This document shows, in pieces, positions 1-11,329 of a DNA stretch of 64,000 nt (position 1 is the first letter of the stretch; each line of letters starts with the position of its first letter). The position numbers were made by a program, and so were the translations under genes. Under the pieces are notes generated by a model. That model made no database searches. It saw nothing but the letters and a program-made list of their open reading frames with translations, and had not been told where the DNA came from. The stretch comes from Eledone cirrhosa (taxonomy: Eukaryota): contig OZ024741.1 of the NCBI GenBank assembly GCA_964016885.1, positions 178,374,001 through 178,438,000 of the forward strand, read 5' to 3'.

Positions 1-8
1 TATGTATA

Positions 9-47
<39 letters not shown>

Positions 48-202
48 CTGTATTTTTAACCGTTGGTCAATCAATGATAAACATTGATTTCCAAATAAAT
101 TAACTATGGAGATATAAAAGATACAGAAGAAAAAACCAACCAAACAGTGTTATTATTTCTGGCAATATTATTACAACAATATGACCTTCCCAATCTATAA
201 CA

Positions 203-205
<3 letters not shown>
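48..205 (+). mobile_element. Diverged 3' terminal (pLTR) fragment of the main PLE family
   Basis: Matches 3' end of copies at 7730-7900 and 51310-51480 (AACCAACCAAACAGTG...TCTGGCAATATTA...ATGACC-TCCC-AA-TATAACAA); flanked by (TA)n. Confidence 0.7.
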
Positions 206-300
<95 letters not shown>

Positions 301-522
301 CTTTATATATATATGTAAACCTTTATATGTAATAATCTTCCGTTAGGTTGAGATACAATTTGGCGGTATTAGGCTGCGCTTTCTAGCAATATGCCTACCC
401 GCCGTAAACAACTAATCACATCTTTTCTAACTTGACCGCTGCCACGTGACGATTCTTAGCCATTTTTGAATGTATTTTTGGCGCGATCACTTTGGAAAAT
501 TAAACGTCTAATTTTGAGTTCG

Positions 523-596
523 CTCCTGATGATTCCGAAGCTCTGGACATTCCCTGTTAACGGATGTCTTAAAATACGGATGAAACCATGGTAGAG
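523..596 (+). ncRNA. Type I hammerhead ribozyme motif (palindromic minimal stem III)
   Basis: CTC | CTGATGA 526-532 | stem II TCCG 534-537/CGGA 577-580 (T.T at base, internal GACAT/ATGTC hairpin) | GAAA 582-585 | CCATGG | TA (GUA site) | GAG 594-596 pairing with CTC. Confidence 0.72.
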
Positions 597-964
597 GTAA
601 TTATGTATGTACGCAATTCTTCTAAGTTCAATTTTACACCGAATTGTGTTTAGTTGATTGTATATCTGGTCGATTTTTACATGCTGTCGAAATGTTAGAT
701 AAATACTCTATCGTAGCCACCGCGAACGGGCTGCTTTCGGTTATTTGTCGGAGATTTCTTCATAGGAGCCTTTATTCTTATAGCTTGGTCTAATGGTTTT
801 TTTATATGGTTAATTATACTAATTGGGAGAAGAAATGGTATATATTATATCTAGTGATTCTAAAGACATATTTTATGATATATATATATATATATATATG
901 TTTATATATATATATATATATACATACATATATATATATACATACACATATATATATATATATA

Positions 965-1028
<64 letters not shown>

Positions 1029-1544
1029 GTGCGTATGTATATCTGAATGCATGTGTACTGGTAAAAACTGTTCAGTCCATACCTAGCAGTTTGTGTTGTA
1101 ACAATTGTTCATGCTACCACATTAGTTAACATCGTGATTAAACGTTCCACTTTTAAACACAATTTGTCTTTGTTGGGGGCGAATGTAGTGGGTTAGACGT
1201 CTCAAGTGTTCAGAAAGCCATTTTTAAAGATGATTTGGGGCTTTCTTATTCGACATGCCAAAATATTTATAGAATATACGTCAAACCAAATGAAGAACTC
1301 TCAATCATATCCTTGGCAACAATACTGGAAACAAACTTTTTGATCGATTTCATCTGAATGATAGATCAAACTCGAGGCTGATTTATTCGCACACCTTAAT
1401 ATGAAGAATAAATCAACAATAACATATGAACAGATAAAGTTATGTAATGTATAACAGGGTGAATTGCAAGATGCCAATTTTATCCCCCCCCCCCCTATGT
1501 ATGTATGTATGTATGTATGTATGTATTAATTTATGTACATTATC

Positions 1545-1844
1545 ATAGCCGACAAGGACTGGAATCGAATTCTGTCGATAGATTGGTTATTGATTAGGCG
1601 AAACCCGCTGATGAAGTCACATACGACGATCGTGTATTGTTGCATAAAAAATGGAGACCGTGGATGCTGTGCACTCAATTTCTGCATTATGTGTGCCCGA
1701 AACTCGAGTGCGGTAAAGATTGACGTGTGTTTTATTGAAGCTAATAACTATGTCTACTCTGGGATTTTCAAATAACATAACCTATTGGGTACGCTGAGAT
1801 GCGATCGGTACTAGCAGTGAAACCCATGCTAGTCCCGTCAACCC

Positions 1845-1848
<4 letters not shown>
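1545..1848 (+). mobile_element. ~300-bp non-coding hammerhead-bearing repeat ending in (TA)n
   Basis: Homologous over its length to 26050-26385 on the opposite strand (GATTGGTTATTGATTAGGCG, AATAACTATGT, GCTGAGAT, GTCAACCC-TTAT). Confidence 0.65.
1605..1713 (+). ncRNA. Type I hammerhead motif with long stem II, degenerate (GUG at cleavage triplet)
   Basis: CCG | CTGATGA 1608-1614 | ~84-nt stem II domain | GAAA 1699-1702 | CTCGAG | TG | CGG; homologous copy at 26203-26317 (-) has TC at this position. Confidence 0.62.
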
Positions 1849-1929
<81 letters not shown>

Positions 1930-2112
1930 AAAGTTTGTCCTTCATCAGTGATCTTCCAACCATCATAGGCATTTCATCGCTTTAAAGACCATATACCTCC
2001 GGTGGGTGCGAGCAACGGCTAAACATAGTCGCTGGGACACGTAAATAAAGGGGACGCGAGGGTAAACAAACAAAATGGTGAAGCAACAGAAAGTGAGGAA
2101 GAAATTGATTGA

Positions 2113-3478
2113 GTGACTAGTATGTGTTTATATGTGTTTGTTGTTATTGTGCTTGTGTATGTATTTATTTATTTATTTATCTATTTATTTATTTATACTT
2201 CTCTTAGGTCAGTGTTGTTTGTTTGGGTGTTGTTATTCCATTCATTCTTTCTGTTTAGTCCTGGCCTTCTAAGTTCTATTTCACTGGCCTCTCTGATTTG
2301 CCTATCTGCTGGGTCATTTCTATGTTTAGATATTATTCTAATTTCTATGTTGTCTATGTTACCGTCGTGTTAATGCCTGGCATGTTTGTATAGTACTGAC
2401 CCGTTTTTTCGTCCTTTTAGTTCCCCCCAGTGTTGGTCTATCCTTTCACCTATGCTACGAGCTGTCTCGCCTATGTATGTTGTTGTCATGTTTCTGCAAG
2501 TACCCTCTGTACATCTTATGCTATAGACTACGTTTCTAGTTTTACAGTTTATCCGGGGGTTTACCTTACATATGATGCATTTCCTATTAGTACAGTGGGT
2601 TTTCTTAAAAGGGTAGGTTTTGCTGATCAGGGAGTTTATGGTGGTTCCTGGCTTTCCTACCACCTTAATCTTTAAGTTGGTCTTTCTCAGGGCCTTTCTA
2701 CACTGGTTAGCTAATTTCCCTCCAGGGGTAGCGTCCACAAACATGACACTCTGGTATCTCTGGTTGTCGTACCATGAGGTGGCTTTCCCTATCTTATGTC
2801 TAGCCCTATCTAAGCTATTCCATGATTTGCTCCTGTATAATGGGCAAATTCCTTTCATGCCCAGTTCTATGAGGGTCTTATACTTCTCCATGGCTCCTTC
2901 GTATACTCTGACTCTGTCTCTTTGGTTGTAGCCAGAGAACTGCATGCGGTTGATGAAGTGTTGGATGTCTTTCCTTTTCTGTTGGGTGGCACATGGGACA
3001 CATTCTTCATCACTCGTACCAAATCTGCGATCAGAATATTAAACTTAGCATTGCTGGACATTGCTGAGTTTTTGAGTATCAGGTATTTGGAGGCCATAGT
3101 GTTAATCCAGAGTTCCGTGTCTAATACAGGTAGTCTATTGTTAGGGTGTTTGGAAGGGAAGTCGATATTTACAGTTATACTCTGGTGTATGGAATTAGCT
3201 ATCTTCTGGATGCTTTCCATTGTGCTACGTTCTAAATCAAACTTGTTATGCTCTCTAGTGGGGATGTTCTTATAACTATATTGATATCGTCTACATAACG
3301 AGAGTACATGATGAGGTCTATGGAACTCTCATTAAGGAGATCTTTAAGTCTCCTTTCCCACCATACCATGAAAAGTTTGGCAACATCACCAGCTATGCTG
3401 ACGCCAATGGCTGCTCCCTCATTTTGGGTGTAGATCTTCTCGTTGAACTTAAATATGTGTTCAACGAGAAGATCTACA
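2113..3478 (-). mobile_element. 5'-truncated Penelope-like element (RT C-terminal half + GIY-YIG), pseudogenised
   Basis: YSRYVDD, LPVLD, NVVYSIRC...[16 protein letters not shown] (GIY-YIG); near-identical to 46065-47465; internal deletion/frameshift; 20-bp snap-back inversion at 5' end. Confidence 0.93.
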
Positions 3479-4735
3479 TCAAAGTGATTATACGTATTTT
3501 AGAGAATATTTGCCAGCAATCTTATTGTTTTTACCAGTTAGATTTAAAGACATTTCCCACTCCAATCTGAATAATTTCTTTCTTTTTTTTCCAAGACATT
3601 CACTAGAGAGGAATTGTTTTCTACGGACTGCATGATTTATCTGAATTAATTAATGTTTTTCAACACACTATATTACATATGTATATCTATGTAGTATGAG
3701 GTACATTTTTATAGTGTCAGTGTATGGTGATTCTATGGCTTTTAAATATGTATGCGTCCTCAGGACTTCCCTGCAAGCTTTATATTCATGTACCGAAAAC
3801 AAGCGCAACATGCAACGCACTTTAACTGTGCACAGTCATATCTCCAAATGGAAATGTTGACTTCAGAAGTGAGATGAAATAGCACATCTCGATTGCATTA
3901 ATTATGCATGATGTTTAAAGGAATTCAACAGGAACAGGCAGTAGATAATGACCTCTATTTTTCCCAATGTAAAAATTACTTGAATGAAAAATCGCCAGAC
4001 TATAGTGAAGCTTGTCTTGTAAAAACTACCACGAATTGCGGACTAATATATATTCAAGGATCTACCAATCATAAACAAGGACTTCCAGTAAATGGAGGCT
4101 ATGTATTCAGGAATTTTAGTTGCTTTATAGTTGTACTTTTGATTCTTCACCTTTTATCATAACATTTTTAGCCTTCTGTTTTCCTTCTCTCTTGTTTCTT
4201 TTGTTGTTGTCTTTTTTTCACTCTGTATCTCATATTTTCATTCCTTCATTGCAAATGTTAGATACGTCTCCTAGTGTCATATCTTACTGGCTCTATGCGG
4301 ACGTTTAAATTTGTCCATAAAAGAAATTAATACGAAAAATGTAGGCATGTCATAAACGCAATAATATTATAGATCATCAACTCCTGTGACCAGTCACCTT
4401 ATATTGCAAATATTAATAGCATCAAAGCGGCTCTTTCGTGCGTATTTTACTCAAACACCTGCAATTACATAACCCCAGTTTCAATGCCTGTAAATGATTT
4501 TATTCTAATTAGTTCTGATAGATTCCGTGCATAGACGTATCACTGATTCTCAGTACACTCTTATTGAGTGCGGCGGGGAATGTTAAATATATTCGATTAC
4601 TAGTTAAGTATTCCGTTGCATGTACATAAGAAGTTATAATTATGTAAAAGGTTCTAATTTACAGCCTCGATAAAAGTGGTTTCCAGCAATCAGACTTCGA
4701 ATTCAACTAATTATTAAAAGTTGTTAAGTTGTGTA

Positions 4736-4876
4736 ATAGGCGCAGGCGTCTTTAAAGAGTTTTCTTCCCAACAATTTGATTCTGGATTCAGTCACCCTGC
4801 GTAGCGCCTTGGGCAAGTAACTTCCAGATGACCTATGAATGAAATCCGATAGACATAAACTGCAGAATCCTCGGGT
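4736..4876 (+). mobile_element. Degenerate tRNA-derived SINE (octopus OR-like)
   Basis: AGGCGCAGG head, GGATTCAGTC B-box-like, CCTTGGGCAAGT core, tail into (TA)n; related piece on minus at ~40056-40190; family name from recall. Confidence 0.45.
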
Positions 4877-4888
4877 ATATATATATAT

Positions 4889-5403
4889 TAGAATTGGTGC
4901 TCTGAAATAGCGATATATATATGAATGTATATACAGTGTATTTTGCAATACACTGTATGCTTAATTAAAAGCGTTTTGAAGACCTTTCGCTATTGTTTTA
5001 AAGTAGTGACTTTAATTCGTTTTTCAGCAAACAAAGGGAGACAAGCTGACAGATGTCTGTTTCTTACTGATGGGTCTCTTCAGAGCTTTCACTCCCTCTG
5101 TTTGCTGAAAATTATGAATGTTGGATTCTTATAGAATTCCAGTAATAATCAGGAACTGATTATACAGAGCGGTTGCCGGTCCAGCAAAAAATTGAAAATT
5201 AGAATTGTTGCTCTGAAATAGCGATATATATATGAATGTATATATAGTGTATTTTGCAATACACTGTATGCTTAATTAAAAGCATATTTGTTTACTGAAA
5301 AAAGAAGTAATTGACATAGTCACTACTTTAAAACAGTAGCGTAAGGTCTTCAAAATGCTTTTAATTAAGCATACAGTATATTGCAAAATTAACTATATAT
5401 ACA

Positions 5404-5408
<5 letters not shown>
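4889..5408 (-). mobile_element. Retrozyme-like element: ~310-bp unit, partial tandem repeat plus inverted segment
   Basis: 4889-4972 repeated at 5199-5283; 5290-5408 is an inverted copy of ~4920-5035; one hammerhead per unit; same family at 51661-52011; flanked by (TA)n. Confidence 0.72.
5044..5087 (-). ncRNA. Type I hammerhead ribozyme motif
   Basis: Minus strand: AGCT CTGAAGA GACCCATCAGTAA GAAA CAGA-CA-TCTG TC AGCT; stems I and III intact, GUC site, stem II eroded. Confidence 0.75.
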
Positions 5409-5482
<74 letters not shown>

Positions 5483-5522
5483 GTCCACCCACTCTAACAC
5501 GCCACATACACACACGTGAGCG

Positions 5523-5592
<70 letters not shown>

Positions 5593-5989
5593 GTTGATAT
5601 AGTAGAAAGACAGTTAGATTAGCGATCATGAGGCTCTAAGTTCCATACCCGGACCGAATGATGCAACACACTTTTTTTCACGTTACTCCAGTTAACTTTA
5701 TAGATATCTGATCTACCTTTGCCTTTAAATGAGACAAATGTGGATAGGGGGAAACTAGTATGTATGTGCGACTGCTCGTTTTTCATGAAATTACCTTGCA
5801 CGGGTTTGTGCTTCGGTCAGGATCTTCTTAGTGCAAATTCCATGGTCATTCGTGACCGAAAGGGACCTCCTCCTATATGTATTGCCTGTGCAACAGATAA
5901 AACTTGATTCATAACTATTTTCAATTTATTTTCTTTATACTTTCACCGGTTTGGGACATCTCTTTTTTTTTAAACCCTCATTTTCTTAC

Positions 5990-6022
<33 letters not shown>

Positions 6023-6034
<12 letters not shown>

Positions 6035-7978
6035 TATTTGGGGAGGGTCATATTTGCGTAATATTGCCAGAATTAATAACAGAACACACTCACTGTTTGG
6101 TTGGTTTTCGCCTCTCGCTGTCTTTTATATATATATATCTGCGATCTAACTTACTCGGTCCTCAATGTTGCCATTGACTGACCGGCGGTCAAAAATAATA
6201 CAGATACAATATAGACAAACACATATATATATAGTTTACATAAATCTTTCGTTGCACATCTGCAACATCGTCAGTGGTGTTATATTCATTGTTCCTCCTG
6301 TTGTGTTGTATGTCTACGCCATTTTTTTTGTTCAGTCTGTCTATATATTTATTTATTTATTTGCTTGTTTGTTTATCTTATTTTATTTTGTCTTCTTTGC
6401 GCATGCGTTTGCGTGTGTGTATAGTGTTATGTGTGATGTGTGATGTGTGACTAGTGTGTATAGTGTTGTCTGCTGGGTGACTAGTGTGTGTTTATGTGCT
6501 TGTGTATGTATTTATTTATCTTATTTTATTTAATTTAATTTACTTATTTATTTATACTTCTCTTAGGTCAGTGTTGTTTGTTTGGGTGTTGTTGTTGTTC
6601 CACTCATTCTTTCTGTTTAGCTTTGGTCTTCTAATTTCTATTTCACTGGCCTCTCTGATTTGCCTATCTGCTGGGTCATTCCTATGTTTAGATATTATTC
6701 TAATTTCTATGTTGTCTATGTTACCGTCATGATGTTGTCTAGCATGTTCGTATAGTACTGACCCGTTTTTTCGTCCTTTTAGTTCCCCCCAGTGTTGGTC
6801 TATCCTTTCACCTATGCTACGAGCTGTCTCACCTATGTATGTTGTTGTCGTGTTTCTGCAAGTACCCTCTGTACATCTTATGCTATAGACTACGTTTCTA
6901 GTTTTACAGTTTATCCGGGGGTTCACCTTACATATGATGCATTTCCTATTGGTACAGTGGGTTTTAAGAAAACCCACTGTACCAATAGGAAATGTATCAT
7001 ATGTAAGGTGAACCCCCGGATAAACTGTAAAACTAGAAACGTAGTCTATAGCATAAGATGTACAGAGGGTACTTGCAGAAACACGACAACAACATACATA
7101 GGTGAGACAGCTCGTAGCATAGGTGAAAGGATAGACCAACACTGGGGGGAACTAAAAGGACGAAAAAACGGGTCAGTACTATACGAACATGCCAGGCATT
7201 AACACGACGGTAACATAGACAACATAGAAATTAGAATAATATCTAAACATAGGAATGACCCAGCAGATAGGCAAATCAGAGAGGCCAGTGAAATAGAAAT
7301 TAGAAGACCAAAGCTAAACAGAAAGAATGAGTGGAACAACAACAACACCCAAACAAACAACACTGACCTAAGAGAAGTATAAATAAATAAGTAAATTAAA
7401 TTAAATAAAATAAGATAAATAAATACATACACAAGCACATAAACACACACTAGTCACCCAGCAGACAACACTATACACACTAGTCACACATCACACATCA
7501 CACATAACACTATACACACACGCAAACGCATGCGCAAAGAAGACAAAATAAAATAAGATAAACAAACAAGCAAATAAATAAATAAATATATAGACAGACT
7601 GAACAAAAAAAATGGCGTAGACATACAACACAACAGGAGGAACAATGAATATAACACCACTGACGATGTTGCAGATGTGCAACGAAAGATTTATGTAAAC
7701 TATATATATATGTGTTTGTCTATATTGTATCTGTATTATTTTTGACCGCCGGTCAGTCAATGGCAACATTGAGGACCGAGTAAGTTAGATCGCAGATATA
7801 TATATATAAAAGACAGCGAGAGGCGAAAACCAACCAAACAGTGAGTGTGTTCTGTTATTAATTCTGGCAATATTACGCAAATATGACCCTCCCCAAATAT
7901 AACAATATCTGTTTCGACACACGATTTCATATAAAAAACCTCGCAAAACTAATTCATCGCCGCTATAAAATTATATAT
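6023..7978. mobile_element. Palindromic PLE insertion: two ~930-bp inverted arms (GIY-YIG + 3' pLTR), 3-nt loop
   Basis: ~6033-6965 is the reverse complement of 6969-~7900; loop AAG 6966-6968; right arm has ~65-nt extra tail; TATAAAATTATATAT at 6023-6037 and 7964-7978 is a candidate TSD. Confidence 0.93.
7660..7687 (+). ncRNA. Hammerhead-like core in PLE 3' repeat
   Basis: CTGACGA T GTTGCA-GATG-TGCAAC GAAA; also 6247-6274 (-), 45840-45867 (-), 51238-51264 (+), 18137-18164 (-, compensatory GTCACA/TGTGAC); stems I/III ambiguous. Confidence 0.55.
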
Positions 7979-8194
7979 ATATATATATAGTAATAATAAT
8001 AAAATTGAAGACTAAAATCCAGAGAGGGCTCGATAAGGAAAATATATATCAAATATATAAGAACCGAAGAGCAAATATTTATTAAAATAACAGATTAAAG
8101 TTTAAGCAAAGAATCGCTGCTTTCACCCTTAACGGGATCTTCTGAAACTAACAAAGTCAATCTGTAAACGCAGAACTGGATATTTCAAAAAACG

Positions 8195-8408
8195 TTGCAA
8201 TATATAGTTTTAATATAGATGAGATTCTACAGGACTAGAAATGTTTCATTCTCTAGAAATCATCAGGAATCATCAAGGATTACTGATGATTTCTAAAGAA
8301 TGAAACAGTTCTAGTCCTGTATAATCTCATCTATATTAAAACTTTTATACTCTGCAATGTATTGAGTACCTTACTTACTGTGGTTACCTCCGATTCAACC
8401 CGGAATAA
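8195..8408 (+). mobile_element. Hairpin-plus-tail element with hammerhead-like core
   Basis: Inverted arms ~8205-8266/8283-8345; CTGATGA T TTCT-AA-AGAA T GAAA C...GTC at 8283; tail TACCTTACTTACTGTGGTT shared with 8640-8680 and 17830-17875. Confidence 0.6.
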
Positions 8409-8409
8409 C

Positions 8410-8469
<60 letters not shown>

Positions 8470-8745
8470 CTCTACTATAGAAATAGCTTTTACAGGAATA
8501 GAACTGTTTAATTTGTATGAACCTATCAGGAATGCCGATTGATATACTACGTTGTTGGCATTCAGAAGTTTCATAGTGGTTGTCGGTGGTTCGTGGGACA
8601 TATTTTATTAAATTTCGTTGTTTTTACTCTATGTATTGAATAACTTATTTACTGTGGTTGCCCTCGATTTCACTCTGAATCCATACATACACATATATAT
8701 ATGTATATATATAGATGTATATATATGTGTATATATATATATATA

Positions 8746-8852
<107 letters not shown>

Positions 8853-8871
8853 CTATATATATATGTGTATG

Positions 8872-8915
<44 letters not shown>

Positions 8916-9243
8916 CTCTGGACCAGTCTATTAACACAATTGAGATACACACATATTTACAGGAAATTTCTTTTGTCCCTAAAATATTTGTTCTATGTGA
9001 AAAACAACACATACTACCACTGCTGCTGCTACTTTATGACTACACCTGTCTCCGTCTACACAAGAGTTCATTTTCCAATCTCTTTCTCAACATGGAAGAT
9101 GAAAAAAATTTACCTCAACACTTTAAATCTTTCATTAAAATTTTTTTAATTCTTATTAATTCTTTTCAATTGTAATACTCAACAATTGATGAGATGAATG
9201 TTACTAAATACATCGAAACCAGTAATGCTTTATATAATTCATA

Positions 9244-10299
9244 TCTATATATATAAAACTGAGGTTGTCTGTCTGTCTATCGATTTTTGGCACACATCTC
9301 CTCTTAGAATCTCTCACGGAATTGCACCGAAATTGCTATACTTGTACATTGAGCCCTAGCGAAGACATCGGAAAAGAAATATTTCAAATTGACCCGCCCT
9401 ATCTGACGAAATCGAATATAATGTATCGATTTTTGAGCGTAAGTGATCAGTTATTTCCCTTTGTTCTGTTTACATTGAGCGTCAGCGTGCAAAAATTAAA
9501 AAAATTACGCTGGCTTTCTCAGCGTTTAAAATGACATTAACACAATACACGAACAGTTGTCGAGCCAGCAAAATTTTGACCTGCAAAATTCATCAGTTCG
9601 AACACTAAGCTTCCGTTTTGCTTCATTTCCATTTAAAACAAGCAAATATTTCGTAAAAAAAGCAAAAATTATATAAGTTTATTTAAAATATATGTATCTG
9701 TAAATTTCGTTAGGCGTGCAGACAGACAGTTGTGCAGACAGACAGTTGTGCAGACAGACAGTTGTGCAGACAGACAGTCGTGCAGAGAGGTGATATACGC
9801 GTGCAGACAGACAGTCGAGCAGAGTGGTGATATAGGCGTGCAGACAGACAGTCGTGCAGAGAGGTGATATAGGCGTGCAGACAGGCAGTCGTGCAGAGAG
9901 GTGATATAGGCGTGCAGACAGACAGTCGTGCAGAGAGGTGATATAGGCGTGCAGACAGACAGTCGTGCAGAGAGGTGATATAGGCGTGCAGACAGACATA
10001 ACTGATAATTTGGTTACGCTAATGTTTTTCTCTGCGTTGCAGTGTTTACATTTTCGATCTTTGTTAATAAATAACCAGTGCAGTTTCTATCCCCAGCATC
10101 CTCTTTTGTTATAACATTCGGGTTATCGTTATGTTTTCTTAACTTCATAAGGCATATTGTTGGTTGAGGGAATATCAAAAACACCACATGCAAGTCTGCA
10201 CAGTAGACACTACAGTTTTTAAGCCAAAAAAGAAACTTAACATTGTAACTTTAACACAGCTACTGAGCGACCCCGAGCAACGCCGGGCTTTACTGCTAG
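9244..10299 (+). mobile_element. Non-autonomous Helitron-like element
   Basis: A|TCTATATATATAAAA 5' end followed by CTGT repeats; 3' hairpin CCCG-AGCAACGC-CGGG 10272-10287 then CTAG|T; no TSD. Confidence 0.78.
9712..9998. repeat. Minisatellite (37-bp unit GCAGACAGACAGTCGTGCAGAGAGGTGATATAGGCGT, preceded by 16-bp units)
   Basis: About 6 tandem 37-bp units inside the Helitron-like element. Confidence 0.9.
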
Positions 10300-10479
10300 T
10301 ACATTATAAAACTCTTTTTTAAAAGAATTGTCTCTCTCTCATTTTTCATAATGTCACTTTGATGAATCAAAGAAAGGAAAAAAAGAAAAGCATAACCTTA
10401 AATATATTTTCCGTGCTATTTCCAATATTCACCTCTCCTCTATAACCACTTTTTGTATAGAACCTTACATCCCTTTTTC

Positions 10480-11326
<847 letters not shown>

Positions 11327-11329
11327 TAG

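Noticed and set aside
1933-1948. Minus-strand CTGATGA-AGGAC-AAAC as a minimal hammerhead
   Set aside because: Lacks the G of GAAA and no stems I/III can be paired
2430-3275. Plus-strand ORFs (also 46387-46888, 50225-50726, 6165-6732)
   Set aside because: Antisense shadows of the PLE ORF or its AT-rich 3' repeat
6552-7202. Mirror-image 196-aa and 136-aa ORFs as standalone GIY-YIG genes
   Set aside because: N-terminal halves are antisense read-through across the palindrome axis
7900-7962. Antisense hammerhead-like string in the PLE tail (CGATGA...GAAACAGATATTGTT)
   Set aside because: Core incomplete, no convincing stem I/II, not conserved in the 51480 copy
9712-9998. 37-bp repeat array as CRISPR
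   Set aside because: Head-to-tail units without unique spacers; eukaryotic context; no cas genes
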